A stretch of DNA of 64,000 bases from a bacterium (lineage in GTDB: Bacteria; UBA8248): the NCBI GenBank assembly GCA_965203325.1, contig OZ241875.1:384001-448000 (forward strand), read 5' to 3'. The position numbers and the translations under genes are program-made. This document shows, piece by piece, positions 53,882-63,380 of this stretch (the first letter of the stretch is position 1; each line of letters opens with the position of its first letter). The notes beneath the pieces were generated by a model that saw only the letters and a program-made list of their open reading frames with translations, searched no databases and was not told where the DNA came from.

Positions 53882-54586
53882 CTATTCGCCGAGATACGCC
53901 TCGCGGACGGCGGGCGAATCGCGCAGCACGCCGGGCGCATCGCCCATGATGATCCGCCCCGTCTCCATCACGTAGGCCCAGTCCGAGAAATTGAGTGCCA
54001 GGTGCGCGTTCTGCTCGACGAGGAAAATGCCCGTCCCCTCGTCGCGGATTCTCGCCAGGACCTCGAAGATGGTCTCGATGATCCGGGGCGCGAGGCCGAG
54101 CGAGGGTTCATCGAGCAGGAGGAGCCTGGGTTTCGACATCAGGGCGCGCGCGATGGCCAGCATCTGCTGCTCGCCGCCGGAGAGCGTGCCGCCCCTCTGG
54201 GCGCGGCGCTCGTGCAGAACGGGAAACAGGGAGCAGACGTAGTCGAGGTCTTCTTTCACGCCTGCGGCGTCGTTTCTCAAAAAAGCGCCCATCTCCAGGT
54301 TTTCGAGCACGCTCAGGTGCGGAAATATGCGCCGGCCCTCGGGCACCTGGCAGATGCCGCGCTTAACGATCTCGTCCGGCTCCCGGGCGTGGATGGCCTC
54401 GCCCTCCAAGAGTATCTCGCCCTGGGATACGGCGTTGACGCCGCAGATCGCCATCAGGGTGGAGGATTTGCCCGCTCCGTTGCTGCCGATGAGGCAGACG
54501 ACCTGTCCCGAGCGCACCTCCAGCGACACGCCCTGGAGCGCGTGGATGTGGCCGTAGTAGAAATGGATATCCCGCAGTTCAAGCAT
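53882..54586 (-). CDS. livF: Branched-chain amino acid-type ABC ATPase LivF
   Basis: GSNGAGKS, VPEGRRIF, LSGGEQQML, DEPSLGLAP. Confidence 0.9.
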   Translation of the reverse strand: MLELRDIHFYYGHIHALQGVSLEVRSGQVVCLIGSNGAGKSSTLMAICGVNAVSQGEILLEGEAIHAREPDEIVKRGICQVPEGRRIFPHLSVLENLEMGAFLRNDAAGVKEDLDYVCSLFPVLHERRAQRGGTLSGGEQQMLAIARALMSKPRLLLLDEPSLGLAPRIIETIFEVLARIRDEGTGIFLVEQNAHLALNFSDWAYVMETGRIIMGDAPGVLRDSPAVREAYLGE

Positions 54587-55355
54587 TGGAGGTTCCCAGA
54601 TAGGCTTCGAGCACCTTGGGGTCGCGCCGCACCTCGGCGGGGGTTCCATCCGCAATCTTCTCCCCGTGGTCGAGGACGACCACGCGGTCCGAGATGCCCA
54701 TGACCACCTTCATGTCGTGTTCGATCAGCAGGATGGTGACGCCGCGATCACGAATCGCCAGGATCAACTCGTTCAGAACGCTCTTCTCGCGCGGATTCAT
54801 GCCGGCGGCGGGCTCGTCGAGCAGCAAGAGGCCGGGCTCGCTCGCCAGGGCGCGCGCGATCTCGAGCCGTCTCTGATCCCCGTAGGAGAGCGCTTCCGCC
54901 ATGCCCGAGGCGTAGGCGTCGATGCCCGTGAATTTCAGCAATTCCATGGCTTCGGCCACCGCCTCGCGCTCCTCGGCCACCATCCCGGGGAGCCTGAAGA
55001 TCGCGCCTATCGGGCCGCTGCGCATCTTGCAGTGCCGGCCCACCAGGACGTTTTCGAGCACCGTCATCCCCCGGAAGAGGCGAATGTTCTGGAAGGTGCG
55101 CGCGATGCCCATGCTCGCCACGGCGCTGGGCTTGAGCCCCACGAGGTTTTTCCCCCCGAACACGACGTCCCCCTCGGTGGGCGCGTAGAGGCCCGTCACC
55201 ACGTTGAAGGCCGTCGTTTTCCCCGCGCCGTTCGGGCCGATGAGGCCCAACACCTCGCCCTCGTGCACGATCATGTTCAGAGAATCGAGCGCCACCACGC
55301 CGCCGAAGCGCCTCGTGAGATTCTTCAAGAGCAAAAGACGCACCTTCGGGCTCAT
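54579..55355 (-). CDS. livG: Branched-chain amino acid-type ABC ATPase LivG
   Basis: GPNGAGKT, ARTFQNIRLF, LSYGDQRR, DEPAAG, EAYLG. Confidence 0.9.
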   Translation of the reverse strand: MSPKVRLLLLKNLTRRFGGVVALDSLNMIVHEGEVLGLIGPNGAGKTTAFNVVTGLYAPTEGDVVFGGKNLVGLKPSAVASMGIARTFQNIRLFRGMTVLENVLVGRHCKMRSGPIGAIFRLPGMVAEEREAVAEAMELLKFTGIDAYASGMAEALSYGDQRRLEIARALASEPGLLLLDEPAAGMNPREKSVLNELILAIRDRGVTILLIEHDMKVVMGISDRVVVLDHGEKIADGTPAEVRRDPKVLEAYLGTSNA

Positions 55356-56533
55356 CGCCCCGCCTCCCCCTCGCTTTGCGGTTCGTCCCGTTCGAGATGG
55401 TGGCGGTGCCCCTTGGCCTGCAGGAGTCCCTGGGGCCTCAGCACCATCATGAGCACCATCGCGCCGCCCAGGAGCATGGGCCGGAACAGCGTGAGTTCCC
55501 TGAGCGCCTCGGGCAGCACGGTGAGGATGAACGCGCCGAGCATCACGCCCGGAATGCTCGCCATGCCGCCCAGCACCACCATGCACAAGATGATGACGGA
55601 TTCAAAAAACGTGAAGCTCTCCGGCGAGATGAACGTCTGCTTCGCGGCGAAGACGACGCCCCCGAACCCGGCCCAGGCGGCGCCGAAGGCGAAGGCGGAG
55701 AGCTTCGTGTAGACGATGTTGACGCCCACGCACTCGGCCACCGTCTCGTCCTCGCGCATGGCCGCCCAGGCGCGGCCCAGGCGGCTCTTGTCGAGCCGGT
55801 TCACGATGAAGATCGTGACGATGCACAAGACGAGAACGAGGTAGTAGAAGTGCATGGGCTTGTAGAGGCGCATGTCCCCCAGATAGGGGCGCCCGATGCC
55901 CAGGATGCCGTTCGGGCCCTGCGTCACGTTGTCCCAGTTGTTGAGAACGAGGCGGATGATTTCGCCGAAGCCGAGCGTGACGATGGCGAGGTAGTCGCCC
56001 CGGAGCCGCAGGACGGGGACGCCCAAGATGATCCCGAAAAGCGCCGAGCAGGCCACGCCCACCCCCAAAGCCGGCCAGAAGGAAAGCCCGTACCAACTGT
56101 TCAAAAGCGCGTAGGAATACGCACCCACGGCGTAGAAGGCCACGTAGCCCAGGTCCAGCAGACCGGCGAAGCCGACCACCACGTTCAGCCCGAGAGCGAG
56201 CATGATGTAGATGCCCGTGATGACGAGCACGTCGGTGGAGTAGCGATCGAGCGTCCAGGGAAGCGCGATGATGAGGAGCAGGAACAGGCTGAAATACCGT
56301 TTGTCGTAGGATTTCTCCTCAATGAAACCCCAGGCGGATACGAACTTCTCCTTCACCCGATCAGCGGGCCCCGCCAGCGAGCCGGACTGCACGCTCGCCC
56401 GCGTCGCGCTCACCACGAAGACGACGGCGGCACAGCCCAATCCTATCCAGAGGCTGTTCTTCCAACCCGCAAGCGGCAACGCCAGAAAGGCGAACCAAAG
56501 GCCGATGAAGGGAACTCTCGCGTAGGCGCTCAT
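55352..56533 (-). CDS. livM: Branched-chain amino acid-type ABC permease LivM
   Basis: GLNVVVGFAGLLDLG, LRGDYLAIVTLGFGEI, SRLGRAW.AMREDE. Confidence 0.9.
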   Translation of the reverse strand: MSAYARVPFIGLWFAFLALPLAGWKNSLWIGLGCAAVVFVVSATRASVQSGSLAGPADRVKEKFVSAWGFIEEKSYDKRYFSLFLLLIIALPWTLDRYSTDVLVITGIYIMLALGLNVVVGFAGLLDLGYVAFYAVGAYSYALLNSWYGLSFWPALGVGVACSALFGIILGVPVLRLRGDYLAIVTLGFGEIIRLVLNNWDNVTQGPNGILGIGRPYLGDMRLYKPMHFYYLVLVLCIVTIFIVNRLDKSRLGRAWAAMREDETVAECVGVNIVYTKLSAFAFGAAWAGFGGVVFAAKQTFISPESFTFFESVIILCMVVLGGMASIPGVMLGAFILTVLPEALRELTLFRPMLLGGAMVLMMVLRPQGLLQAKGHRHHLERDEPQSEGEAGR

Positions 56534-57438
56534 GTTCTGTCCGCCTCTTCGCCCGAACCGCCCAGAATGCCCTGGGGCCGGAAGATGAGGACGACGACCA
56601 GCACCATGAACGCGAAGACGTCCTTATAGATCGCAGAGACGTATCCCGCCCAGAAACTCTCCAGGAGCGCCAGCAGAAAGCCGCCCAGGAACGCCCCCGT
56701 CACGTTCCCGATGCCGCCCAGCACGGCGGCGGTGAACGCCTTCATTCCAGCGACGAAGCCGATGTAGTGGTTCACGATTCCGTAGTACATCCCCACCATC
56801 ACGCCGGCCACGGCAGCCATAACGGAACCGATGGCGAACGTGATCGCGATCACCCGGTTCACGTTGACGCCGACGAGCGAGGCCATCGTCCTGTCCTGTG
56901 CGGTGGCGCGCATGGCCTTGCCGAGTTTCGTCTTCTTGATGAAAAGCTGCAAAGCCGACATAAGGCCAACGGCAATTATGAGGATGAATATCTGCAGGCC
57001 GTTCACGTAGGCGCCGAAAAGCTGGAAACTCCCCAACTCCAGCAGGTTGGGAAACGCCTTGTCCCGCGCGCCCTGGACGACCTGCACGTAGTTCTGCAGG
57101 AACAGACTCATGCCTATCGCGCTGATGAGCGGGGAGAGCCTCGGCGCGCCCCGCAGGGGACGGTAAGCCACACGCTCGAGCGTGATGCCGTATGCGGCGC
57201 AGTAGATCATCGGGATCAGGAAGACGAGGACGATGCTCAGCGCCAGGCTCGTCTGCGTCAAGCCCATCGTTCCCAGCACCGCCAGGACGGCGATGCCCAC
57301 ATACGCGCCTATCATGTAGATTTCACCGTGGGCGAAATTGATGAGTTGCAGAATGCCGTAGACGAGCGTGTAGCCCAAGGCGATCAGGGCGTATACCGCG
57401 CCCACGACGAGGCCGTTCACCAACTGTTGCGCAAACAT
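56530..57438 (-). CDS. livH: Branched-chain amino acid-type ABC permease LivH
   Basis: YALIALGYTLVYG..QLINFAHG, GKAMRA, AAVLGGIG. Confidence 0.9.
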   Translation of the reverse strand: MFAQQLVNGLVVGAVYALIALGYTLVYGILQLINFAHGEIYMIGAYVGIAVLAVLGTMGLTQTSLALSIVLVFLIPMIYCAAYGITLERVAYRPLRGAPRLSPLISAIGMSLFLQNYVQVVQGARDKAFPNLLELGSFQLFGAYVNGLQIFILIIAVGLMSALQLFIKKTKLGKAMRATAQDRTMASLVGVNVNRVIAITFAIGSVMAAVAGVMVGMYYGIVNHYIGFVAGMKAFTAAVLGGIGNVTGAFLGGFLLALLESFWAGYVSAIYKDVFAFMVLVVVLIFRPQGILGGSGEEADRT

Positions 57439-57465
57439 AGAAAAATCTTCACATGATCAGGAGAC

Positions 57466-57497
57466 AAAAAAGAAGGGGAGGCTTCCGCCTCCCCTTT
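57466..57497 (-). terminator. Hairpin/terminator after the substrate-binding protein gene
   Basis: Minus strand GGGGAGGC-ggaa-GCCTCCCC-TTCTTTTT. Confidence 0.65.
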
Positions 57498-57523
57498 CAT
57501 CATCCGGCATGGCGACGCACGCC

Positions 57524-58648
57524 CTAATTGATCTCGACGAATTTCGACCCCTTCACCTGCCATAGCACGTAGGGGCTCTCCAGAACGTCTCCTTTCTTGT
57601 TGAACTGGAGTTTGCCCAAAGAGGTGTTCCAGGCCTTGCTGCGCAGGTGGGCGGCCAGCTTGGCTCCTTTGGTGCTGCCCGCGGCCTGTATGGAGTTCAG
57701 GATCAGGTTTGCGGCCACGTAGCTGTAAATGGTGTAGGCGCCCACTTCCTTGCCGAAGCGCTTGCGGTGTTTCTTGATGACGTTCTGCGCCGCCGCGAGC
57801 TTGGTCTGATCCGGCGTGAACGTAATATAGGTGCCCTCGGCGGATTTGCCGGCGATCTTGTAGTACTCGTCCGTGACGATGCCGTCGCCGCTCATGAAAA
57901 GCGCCTTCATGCCGAGGCGCTCGCGCATCTGCTTGACCAGCAGGATGGCCTCGGGGTGGATGCCGCCGAAATAGACGAGTTCGGGCTTCGCCTGCTTGGC
58001 GGCCGTCAGCACGGGTGTGTAGTCCTTGTCCCCCTGTACGACGCCGCTGTAGAAGACGGGCTTGACGCCTCTTTTCTCGAGGAACCGCTTCGTCTCATCG
58101 GCGAGTCCCTGGCCGTAGGTGGTCTTGTCGTGGAGGATGGCGACCCGTTTGAGCTTCAGCTTGTCCACGATGTAGTTCGCCGCCACCTCTCCTTGCTGGT
58201 CGTCGCGCCCGCAGACGCGGAAGACCGTCGAGAAGCCCTGCTCGGTGAGTTTGGGGTTCGTGGACGCCGGCGTGATCTGGACGACGCCCGCCTCCGCGTA
58301 GACGGTCGACGCAGGGATAGAGACCGAACTGTTGAAATGGCCGACGATGCCGGCGGCGCCCGCGTTTACGAACTTGTGCGCGATCGACACCCCTTCTTTG
58401 GGATCGTGGCGATCGTCGCCCCACAGAATATCCACCTTCATCTTCTTGCCGCCGACGCTCACGCCGCCCCTGGCGTTCCACTCCTCGACGGCGAGCGTCG
58501 CGCCGTTTTTCAGCATCTCGCCGAACGCCGCCTGGGCGCCCGTGAGGGGGCCGGCCACGCCGATCTTCAAGGTCGCGGCGTGCGCTGCCGAGCCCAGGAA
58601 TACGGCGGCTGTGAGAACGATCAGGACGGAATACAGCTTCTTGCGCAT
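57524..58648 (-). CDS. livK: Branched-chain amino acid-type ABC substrate-binding protein (LivK/LivJ)
   Basis: Signal peptide, KIGVAGPLTG, GHFNSS, FRVCGRDDQQG, HDKTTYGQGL. Confidence 0.88.
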   Translation of the reverse strand: MRKKLYSVLIVLTAAVFLGSAAHAATLKIGVAGPLTGAQAAFGEMLKNGATLAVEEWNARGGVSVGGKKMKVDILWGDDRHDPKEGVSIAHKFVNAGAAGIVGHFNSSVSIPASTVYAEAGVVQITPASTNPKLTEQGFSTVFRVCGRDDQQGEVAANYIVDKLKLKRVAILHDKTTYGQGLADETKRFLEKRGVKPVFYSGVVQGDKDYTPVLTAAKQAKPELVYFGGIHPEAILLVKQMRERLGMKALFMSGDGIVTDEYYKIAGKSAEGTYITFTPDQTKLAAAQNVIKKHRKRFGKEVGAYTIYSYVAANLILNSIQAAGSTKGAKLAAHLRSKAWNTSLGKLQFNKKGDVLESPYVLWQVKGSKFVEIN

Positions 58649-58786
58649 GTCGAGTCTCCTTCAGGCAACTGGAATTTGTTGAGAACCAAAGGCTCCATGC
58701 ACGCTACAAGGCAACTTGCTTTGCTCCCGGAATTGCCCCTCGCGGCAATCATGACTTTTCCGGTTCCGTAGATTACGGTTCTTCAT

Positions 58787-58815
58787 ACGATACGCAAAGA
58801 AAAAGCGCCTTTCAA
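58787..58815 (-). promoter_or_regulatory. Sigma70-like promoter for liv operon, overlapping the efp terminator-like hairpin
   Basis: TTGAAA-17 nt-TATCGT; AGCGCC...GGCGCT-TTTTCTTT hairpin at about 58796-58836. Confidence 0.5.
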
Positions 58816-58839
58816 GATTTTTTTTGACGGGCGCTCCTG

Positions 58840-59406
58840 CTAGGCCGTCCTCACGCGCTCGATGTATTCGCCCGTGCGCGTGTCGATTTTGAGCACGTCC
58901 CCCTCGTTCAAGAACAAGGGGACGGTGACCACCGCGCCCGTCTCGAGCTCCGCCTGCTTTGTCGCGCCCGTCGCCGTATCACCCCGAACTCCCGGCTCTG
59001 TTTTCTTGATGGCCAGTTCCACAAACGTGGGCATCTCGACCGAAATCGCATCGCCCTTGTGGAAAAGGATGTCGACGATGGTCTCTTCGCGCAAAAGCTT
59101 CACGCTCTCGCCGAGTTTCTCCTCCCCCAGCCCGGTCTGGTCGTAGGTCTGCGTGTCCATGAAATAGAGAACGTCGCCGTCTCTGTAGAGATACTGCATC
59201 TGCTTTTGCTCGATCCCAGGGTCTCCCACGGACTCGCCCGAGCGGAATGTTTTCTCCAGAACGCGGCCCGTCCGGAGATTCTTGAGCTTCGTGCGCACGA
59301 ACGCCCCGCCTTTGCCGGGTTTTACGTGCTGGAACTCCACGATGATGAACGGCTCGTTTTCGAGCTCGATTTTGAGGCCATTACGGAAATCACTTGTCGA
59401 GGGCAT
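58840..59406 (-). CDS. efp: Elongation factor P
   Basis: HVKPGKGGAFVRTK, GVRGDT, IDTRTGEY. Confidence 0.96.
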   Translation of the reverse strand: MPSTSDFRNGLKIELENEPFIIVEFQHVKPGKGGAFVRTKLKNLRTGRVLEKTFRSGESVGDPGIEQKQMQYLYRDGDVLYFMDTQTYDQTGLGEEKLGESVKLLREETIVDILFHKGDAISVEMPTFVELAIKKTEPGVRGDTATGATKQAELETGAVVTVPLFLNEGDVLKIDTRTGEYIERVRTA

Positions 59407-59438
59407 CGGTTCCAAAAACCTCCTGATGATGAAAAAGT

Positions 59439-60509
59439 CTACAAAACGACGAGTTCCTTAGGTGTCGAACGGGTGAGGACCTCCTTCCCCCGCTCGGTGA
59501 CGAGCACCATATCCTCGATTCTCACGCCGCCCCAGCGGGGCAGATAGATGCCGGGCTCCACCGTCACCACCATGCCGGGCCTGAGTTCCTCTTTCACGCC
59601 GGGGCCGAGCCTGGGGGCTTCGTGGATGTCGAGCCCCACCCCGTGGCCCGTTCCGTGCCCGAACGCCTCCCCGTAGCCGTATCCCGAGATGACGTCGCGC
59701 GCGGCCTTATCGACTTCACCGCAGGAGACGCCGGGCTTCACGGCTTCTAACGCCGTCATCTGGGCTTCTAAGACGATCTCGTATATCTTCTCGCCCTTGG
59801 GCGTGGGCCTGCCGAGCGAGAACACGCGCGTCGTATCCGCATGGTAGCCCGACATCACGGCACCGAAATCGATGGTGATGAGGTCGCCTTTCTTGAGCTT
59901 TCTCGATGAGGCGATTCCGTGCGGCAGGGCCGAGCGCGGCCCCGAGGCGACAATGGTGTCGAACGAGGCGCCCGAGGCACCCCTTCGCCTCATCGCGGTT
60001 TCGAGGTCGAGCGCGACACCCGTTTCGGCGCGTCCGGGGCGAATCGACGCGGCGACCTCGCCCAAAGCATCCCCGTTCACCCTGGCGCCTCGCTTGAGCA
60101 TTCGCACCTCGCCCGGGTCCTTGCAAAGCCTCAAAGCCTCCACGAGGCCCGAGACCGGTTTTAAGCGCACGCCCTTGATGAGCTTGCGCAACTGCCTATA
60201 AACCCCGTGGGTGAGGTGCGCCTCTTCGAAAGCGAGCGCCTTCGCCCGCGTTCTTTTCAGTTCCTTCGCTATCCCCTGAATCGGCGAGGCGTGCTCGGCG
60301 CGGCGAAAATCGGGCGGCACCTGCTTCGCCGCCTGGGAGCGGTAGCGGAAATCCGTGATGAAGACGGCGCTTCCCGCGGAGATAAGGCACGCGCCCGCAG
60401 AACCCGTGAACCCGGTGAGATAGCGGACGTTCTTCCGGTTCGTCACGGCGAAAGCGGAGAGACCCTCCCGCCGCATCGCCTTTCTCAGGGCGCGCAGACG
60501 GTGGTTCAT
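59439..60509 (-). CDS. Xaa-Pro aminopeptidase (M24)
   Basis: [36 protein letters not shown]. Confidence 0.93.
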   Translation of the reverse strand: MNHRLRALRKAMRREGLSAFAVTNRKNVRYLTGFTGSAGACLISAGSAVFITDFRYRSQAAKQVPPDFRRAEHASPIQGIAKELKRTRAKALAFEEAHLTHGVYRQLRKLIKGVRLKPVSGLVEALRLCKDPGEVRMLKRGARVNGDALGEVAASIRPGRAETGVALDLETAMRRRGASGASFDTIVASGPRSALPHGIASSRKLKKGDLITIDFGAVMSGYHADTTRVFSLGRPTPKGEKIYEIVLEAQMTALEAVKPGVSCGEVDKAARDVISGYGYGEAFGHGTGHGVGLDIHEAPRLGPGVKEELRPGMVVTVEPGIYLPRWGGVRIEDMVLVTERGKEVLTRSTPKELVVL

Positions 60510-61003
60510 TCTTCTTCCGGTGGAAACGCCAGCCCCTTGACGCAGGCGTCGATCGCCGCGCGCAGGGCCAGGGCGTAGCCCGCCAGGCCGAACCCGACCA
60601 CGCTCCCCGCCGCCACCGGCCCGATCATCGAGCGATGCCGGAAATCCTCGCGCTTCATGACGTTCGAGATGTGCACCTCGTAGACGGGCAACTCCAGGCC
60701 GCCTATCGCGTCCCGGAGCGCGACGCTGGTGTGGGTGTATCCGCCCGGATTGAAGACGCAGGCGGCGCATTCGCCCGCGGGGGCCGCGTCCTTCCGGAGC
60801 GGTTTCGCGCCCCCCGCACGCTGTAGCGCGTCGATGAGTTCCCCCTCGACGTTGGACTGGAAACACTCGAGGGCCACCCCCTCATCCGCCGCCATCCGGG
60901 CGAGGGCCGCTTCGAGCTCTGCCAGCGTCGTCTTGCCGTACACCTCGGGTTCACGCCTGCCCAGCAGATTGAGATTCGGGCCGTTCAAAAGCAGTATTCT
61001 CAT
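60506..61003 (-). CDS. aroQ: Type II 3-dehydroquinate dehydratase
   Basis: LNGPNLNLLGRREPEVYG, QSNVEG, NPGGYTHTS, EVHISN. Confidence 0.95.
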   Translation of the reverse strand: MRILLLNGPNLNLLGRREPEVYGKTTLAELEAALARMAADEGVALECFQSNVEGELIDALQRAGGAKPLRKDAAPAGECAACVFNPGGYTHTSVALRDAIGGLELPVYEVHISNVMKREDFRHRSMIGPVAAGSVVGFGLAGYALALRAAIDACVKGLAFPPEEE

Positions 61004-61057
61004 TCGCTCACTCAAATAGGGTGCGCCGCATCGCTTCCGCATGGAAACCGGCGAGGA

Positions 61058-61086
61058 ATGGTAGAGAACACGGGCGGCGGCGTCAA
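61058..61086 (-). promoter_or_regulatory. Sigma70-like promoter for aroQ, Xaa-Pro peptidase and efp
   Basis: TTGACG-17 nt-TACCAT. Confidence 0.6.
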
Positions 61087-61116
61087 CGAACGAAAGCGGC
61101 CGAACCCGTGATTAAC

Positions 61117-61223
61117 GGGGTTGTTGAAAAAGGCCCTAAGAAGGGGATGGCAACTCCCTGAAAGGGAAACCCCATAAAGCCACCCCCCTACCCCCTAAAT
61201 ATGAGTCTTTTTCCACAACCCCC
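61117..61223. mobile_element. MITE-like element (~107 bp) with 18-bp terminal inverted repeats
   Basis: GGGGTTGTTGAAAAAGGC ... GTCTTTTTCCACAACCCC (16/18 inverted match), flanked by TAAC on both sides; no ORF of note. Confidence 0.65.
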
Positions 61224-62305
61224 TAACCTGCGAGCGCGCTCCGCCACAAGCGGGGAGATACCTCGACGCCCGGCTCCACCGCGCCGATTCTCCGCATCAG
61301 GACGAACCGGGGACTCCCCCGGCGCGTTTTCTTGTCGCTGGCGAGCAGCCGCTTCAGGACCGCGAGTTTCGGAGGCTCCGCCATGCGCGTGGGCAGGCCG
61401 AAACGATCGAGCAGGGCGGTCAGCCGCTCCATGTCCCCGGACCCGCAGCGTTCCATCGCGCACGATATCCGGCTCGCCGCGGACATGCCGATCGCGACGG
61501 CCTCTCCGTGGAGCAGTTCAGACGAATAGCCCGCCAGCGCCTCCACCGCGTGTCCGAGCGTGTGGCCGTAGTTGAGTATCTGCCTCAAGCCCGACTCGCG
61601 CTCGTCCTGCTCGACGACGCGCGCCTTGATCCGGCAGTTCGCCGCGACGACGCGCTCCATCACGCCCGCCTCGCGCGCGAGAACCTGCACCTCGTTCTTC
61701 TCGAGATATGAGAAAAGACGGGCATCCGCTATCGCCGCGTGCTTGACCACCTCGGCCAGCCCCGCCCGGAATTCGCGTTCGGGCAGCGTCTTGAGAGAGG
61801 AGGTGTCGCTCACCACCGCCGCCGGCTGATGAAACGCGCCCACGAGGTTTTTTCCGCGTACGTGATCGATGGCCGTCTTGCCGCCCACCGCGCTATCCAC
61901 CTGGGCGAGGAGCGTCGTCGGCGCCTGAACGTAGGGAACCCCCCTTAAGAAGACGGCCGCCGCGAATCCGGCGATGTCGCCCACGACGCCGCCGCCCAGG
62001 GCCACGGCGCCGCAGCCCCTGTCCAGCCTCATGGACGCCATCTTATCCAGTATTCGGGACAACTGCCGCATCGATTTGCTCGCCTCGCCCGCCGGAATCC
62101 TGAGGGCAGACGCCTGAACGCCCGCCGCCGCGAGCGAGTCAATCGCTCGCTCGGCATAGAGCGGCGCCACGTTCGTGTCCGTCACGACGAGCGCCCGCCC
62201 GCCCCGGAAATGACGCAGACAGACTCTTCCGATTTCCCCGAGCGCGTCCGCCCCGATCCGAATCGTGTAGGAGCGCTCTCCCAGATGAACCCGGACGTTC
62301 TTCAT
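61223..62305 (-). CDS. aroB: 3-dehydroquinate synthase
   Basis: GGGVVGD, PTTLLAQVDSAVGGKT, KNLVGAFHQP, LNYGHT, LHGEAV. Confidence 0.96.
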   Translation of the reverse strand: MKNVRVHLGERSYTIRIGADALGEIGRVCLRHFRGGRALVVTDTNVAPLYAERAIDSLAAAGVQASALRIPAGEASKSMRQLSRILDKMASMRLDRGCGAVALGGGVVGDIAGFAAAVFLRGVPYVQAPTTLLAQVDSAVGGKTAIDHVRGKNLVGAFHQPAAVVSDTSSLKTLPEREFRAGLAEVVKHAAIADARLFSYLEKNEVQVLAREAGVMERVVAANCRIKARVVEQDERESGLRQILNYGHTLGHAVEALAGYSSELLHGEAVAIGMSAASRISCAMERCGSGDMERLTALLDRFGLPTRMAEPPKLAVLKRLLASDKKTRRGSPRFVLMRRIGAVEPGVEVSPRLWRSALAG

Positions 62306-63354
62306 GCGGCCTCCACCACCCGATACGCCAGCCCCGCCCCGATGGCGGCGGCGGGAGCGAGAGATTCCACCAGGTCTGAATCGAATTCCTCTTCGGGCGC
62401 TTCCACGCGGCGGAAGGGCGTTAGGATTTCCACGGGCGCATCGAGCGCCGCCGCCAGCCGCTCCGGCAGCCCTTCGAGCAGCGCCCCGCCTCCGGAGAGA
62501 ACCACCCGCTCCACCTCAGCGGCGGGCGTTATCGGCCACATCAACCGGAACGTTCCATCGAGCTCGTATGCCAGTTTTTGCGCCTCCTCGCGGAAAACGC
62601 CGTCCAGCGCATCGGGGTCGGCGGCGGTCGCCTCCCCCCGCTTGACGGCCTCCGCCTCCTCGCGGGAGATCGCCAGACGCTCCGACAGCGATCTCGTCAA
62701 CTCCTCTCCCCCGAACGGAACCGCCCTGGTGATCAGCGTGTGCTCGTCGCACACCACGTTCACCAGTGTTTCGGATGCGCCGATGTCCACCAGGGCGGTG
62801 ATTTCCCCTTCCTCGCGCATGCCCGAGAGTTCGAAGGCGCTCTCCATCGCCAGGAAGTTCACGTCGACGACCAGGGGTTCACAGCGAACCCGCCCCAAAA
62901 AAGCCAGCAGCGCATCGAGCGGCTCGCGCCTCACGGCGATCATCAGATACTCATCCAGCCGCTCGGTCCGTTTTTCGATTTGGCCGATTCGCAGGTGGGA
63001 CAGGCGCACCTCATCCAGGGGATATGGCAGCACCTGGGTCGCTTCGGCCTCCAGGGCGTCGACGACGGGAAAATCCTCTTCGGCGGGCAGCAGCACCGTC
63101 CGCACCACCGCCGCCCGGCCCGAAAGCGCCACGGCCACCTTCCTCTCTTCCCCCTCTCCGGCGGGGAGCAATTCCCCCAGCGCTTGTTCGACCTCCTCGG
63201 GGTCATGGACGAAGCCGCTCCGCACGGCGCCCGGAGCCAGGGGAACCGCGCCCAGACGCGAGAGGACGAGGCGCTCGTCTTTCTTTTCGAGTTTCACCAG
63301 CTTGACGGCGGAACTCCCGATATCGATGGCCAAAGGCGTGGACTCGTCGGACAC
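62302..63354 (-). CDS. pilM: Type IV pilus assembly protein PilM (actin-like ATPase)
   Basis: AIDIGSSAVKLV, VLPYPLDEV, LVDIGASET, PFGGEELT, LSGGGALL, AIGAGLA. Confidence 0.85.
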   Translation of the reverse strand: MSDESTPLAIDIGSSAVKLVKLEKKDERLVLSRLGAVPLAPGAVRSGFVHDPEEVEQALGELLPAGEGEERKVAVALSGRAAVVRTVLLPAEEDFPVVDALEAEATQVLPYPLDEVRLSHLRIGQIEKRTERLDEYLMIAVRREPLDALLAFLGRVRCEPLVVDVNFLAMESAFELSGMREEGEITALVDIGASETLVNVVCDEHTLITRAVPFGGEELTRSLSERLAISREEAEAVKRGEATAADPDALDGVFREEAQKLAYELDGTFRLMWPITPAAEVERVVLSGGGALLEGLPERLAAALDAPVEILTPFRRVEAPEEEFDSDLVESLAPAAAIGAGLAYRVVEAA

Positions 63355-63380
63355 GATGGCTCTCTACCAAGAGAAGAAAG

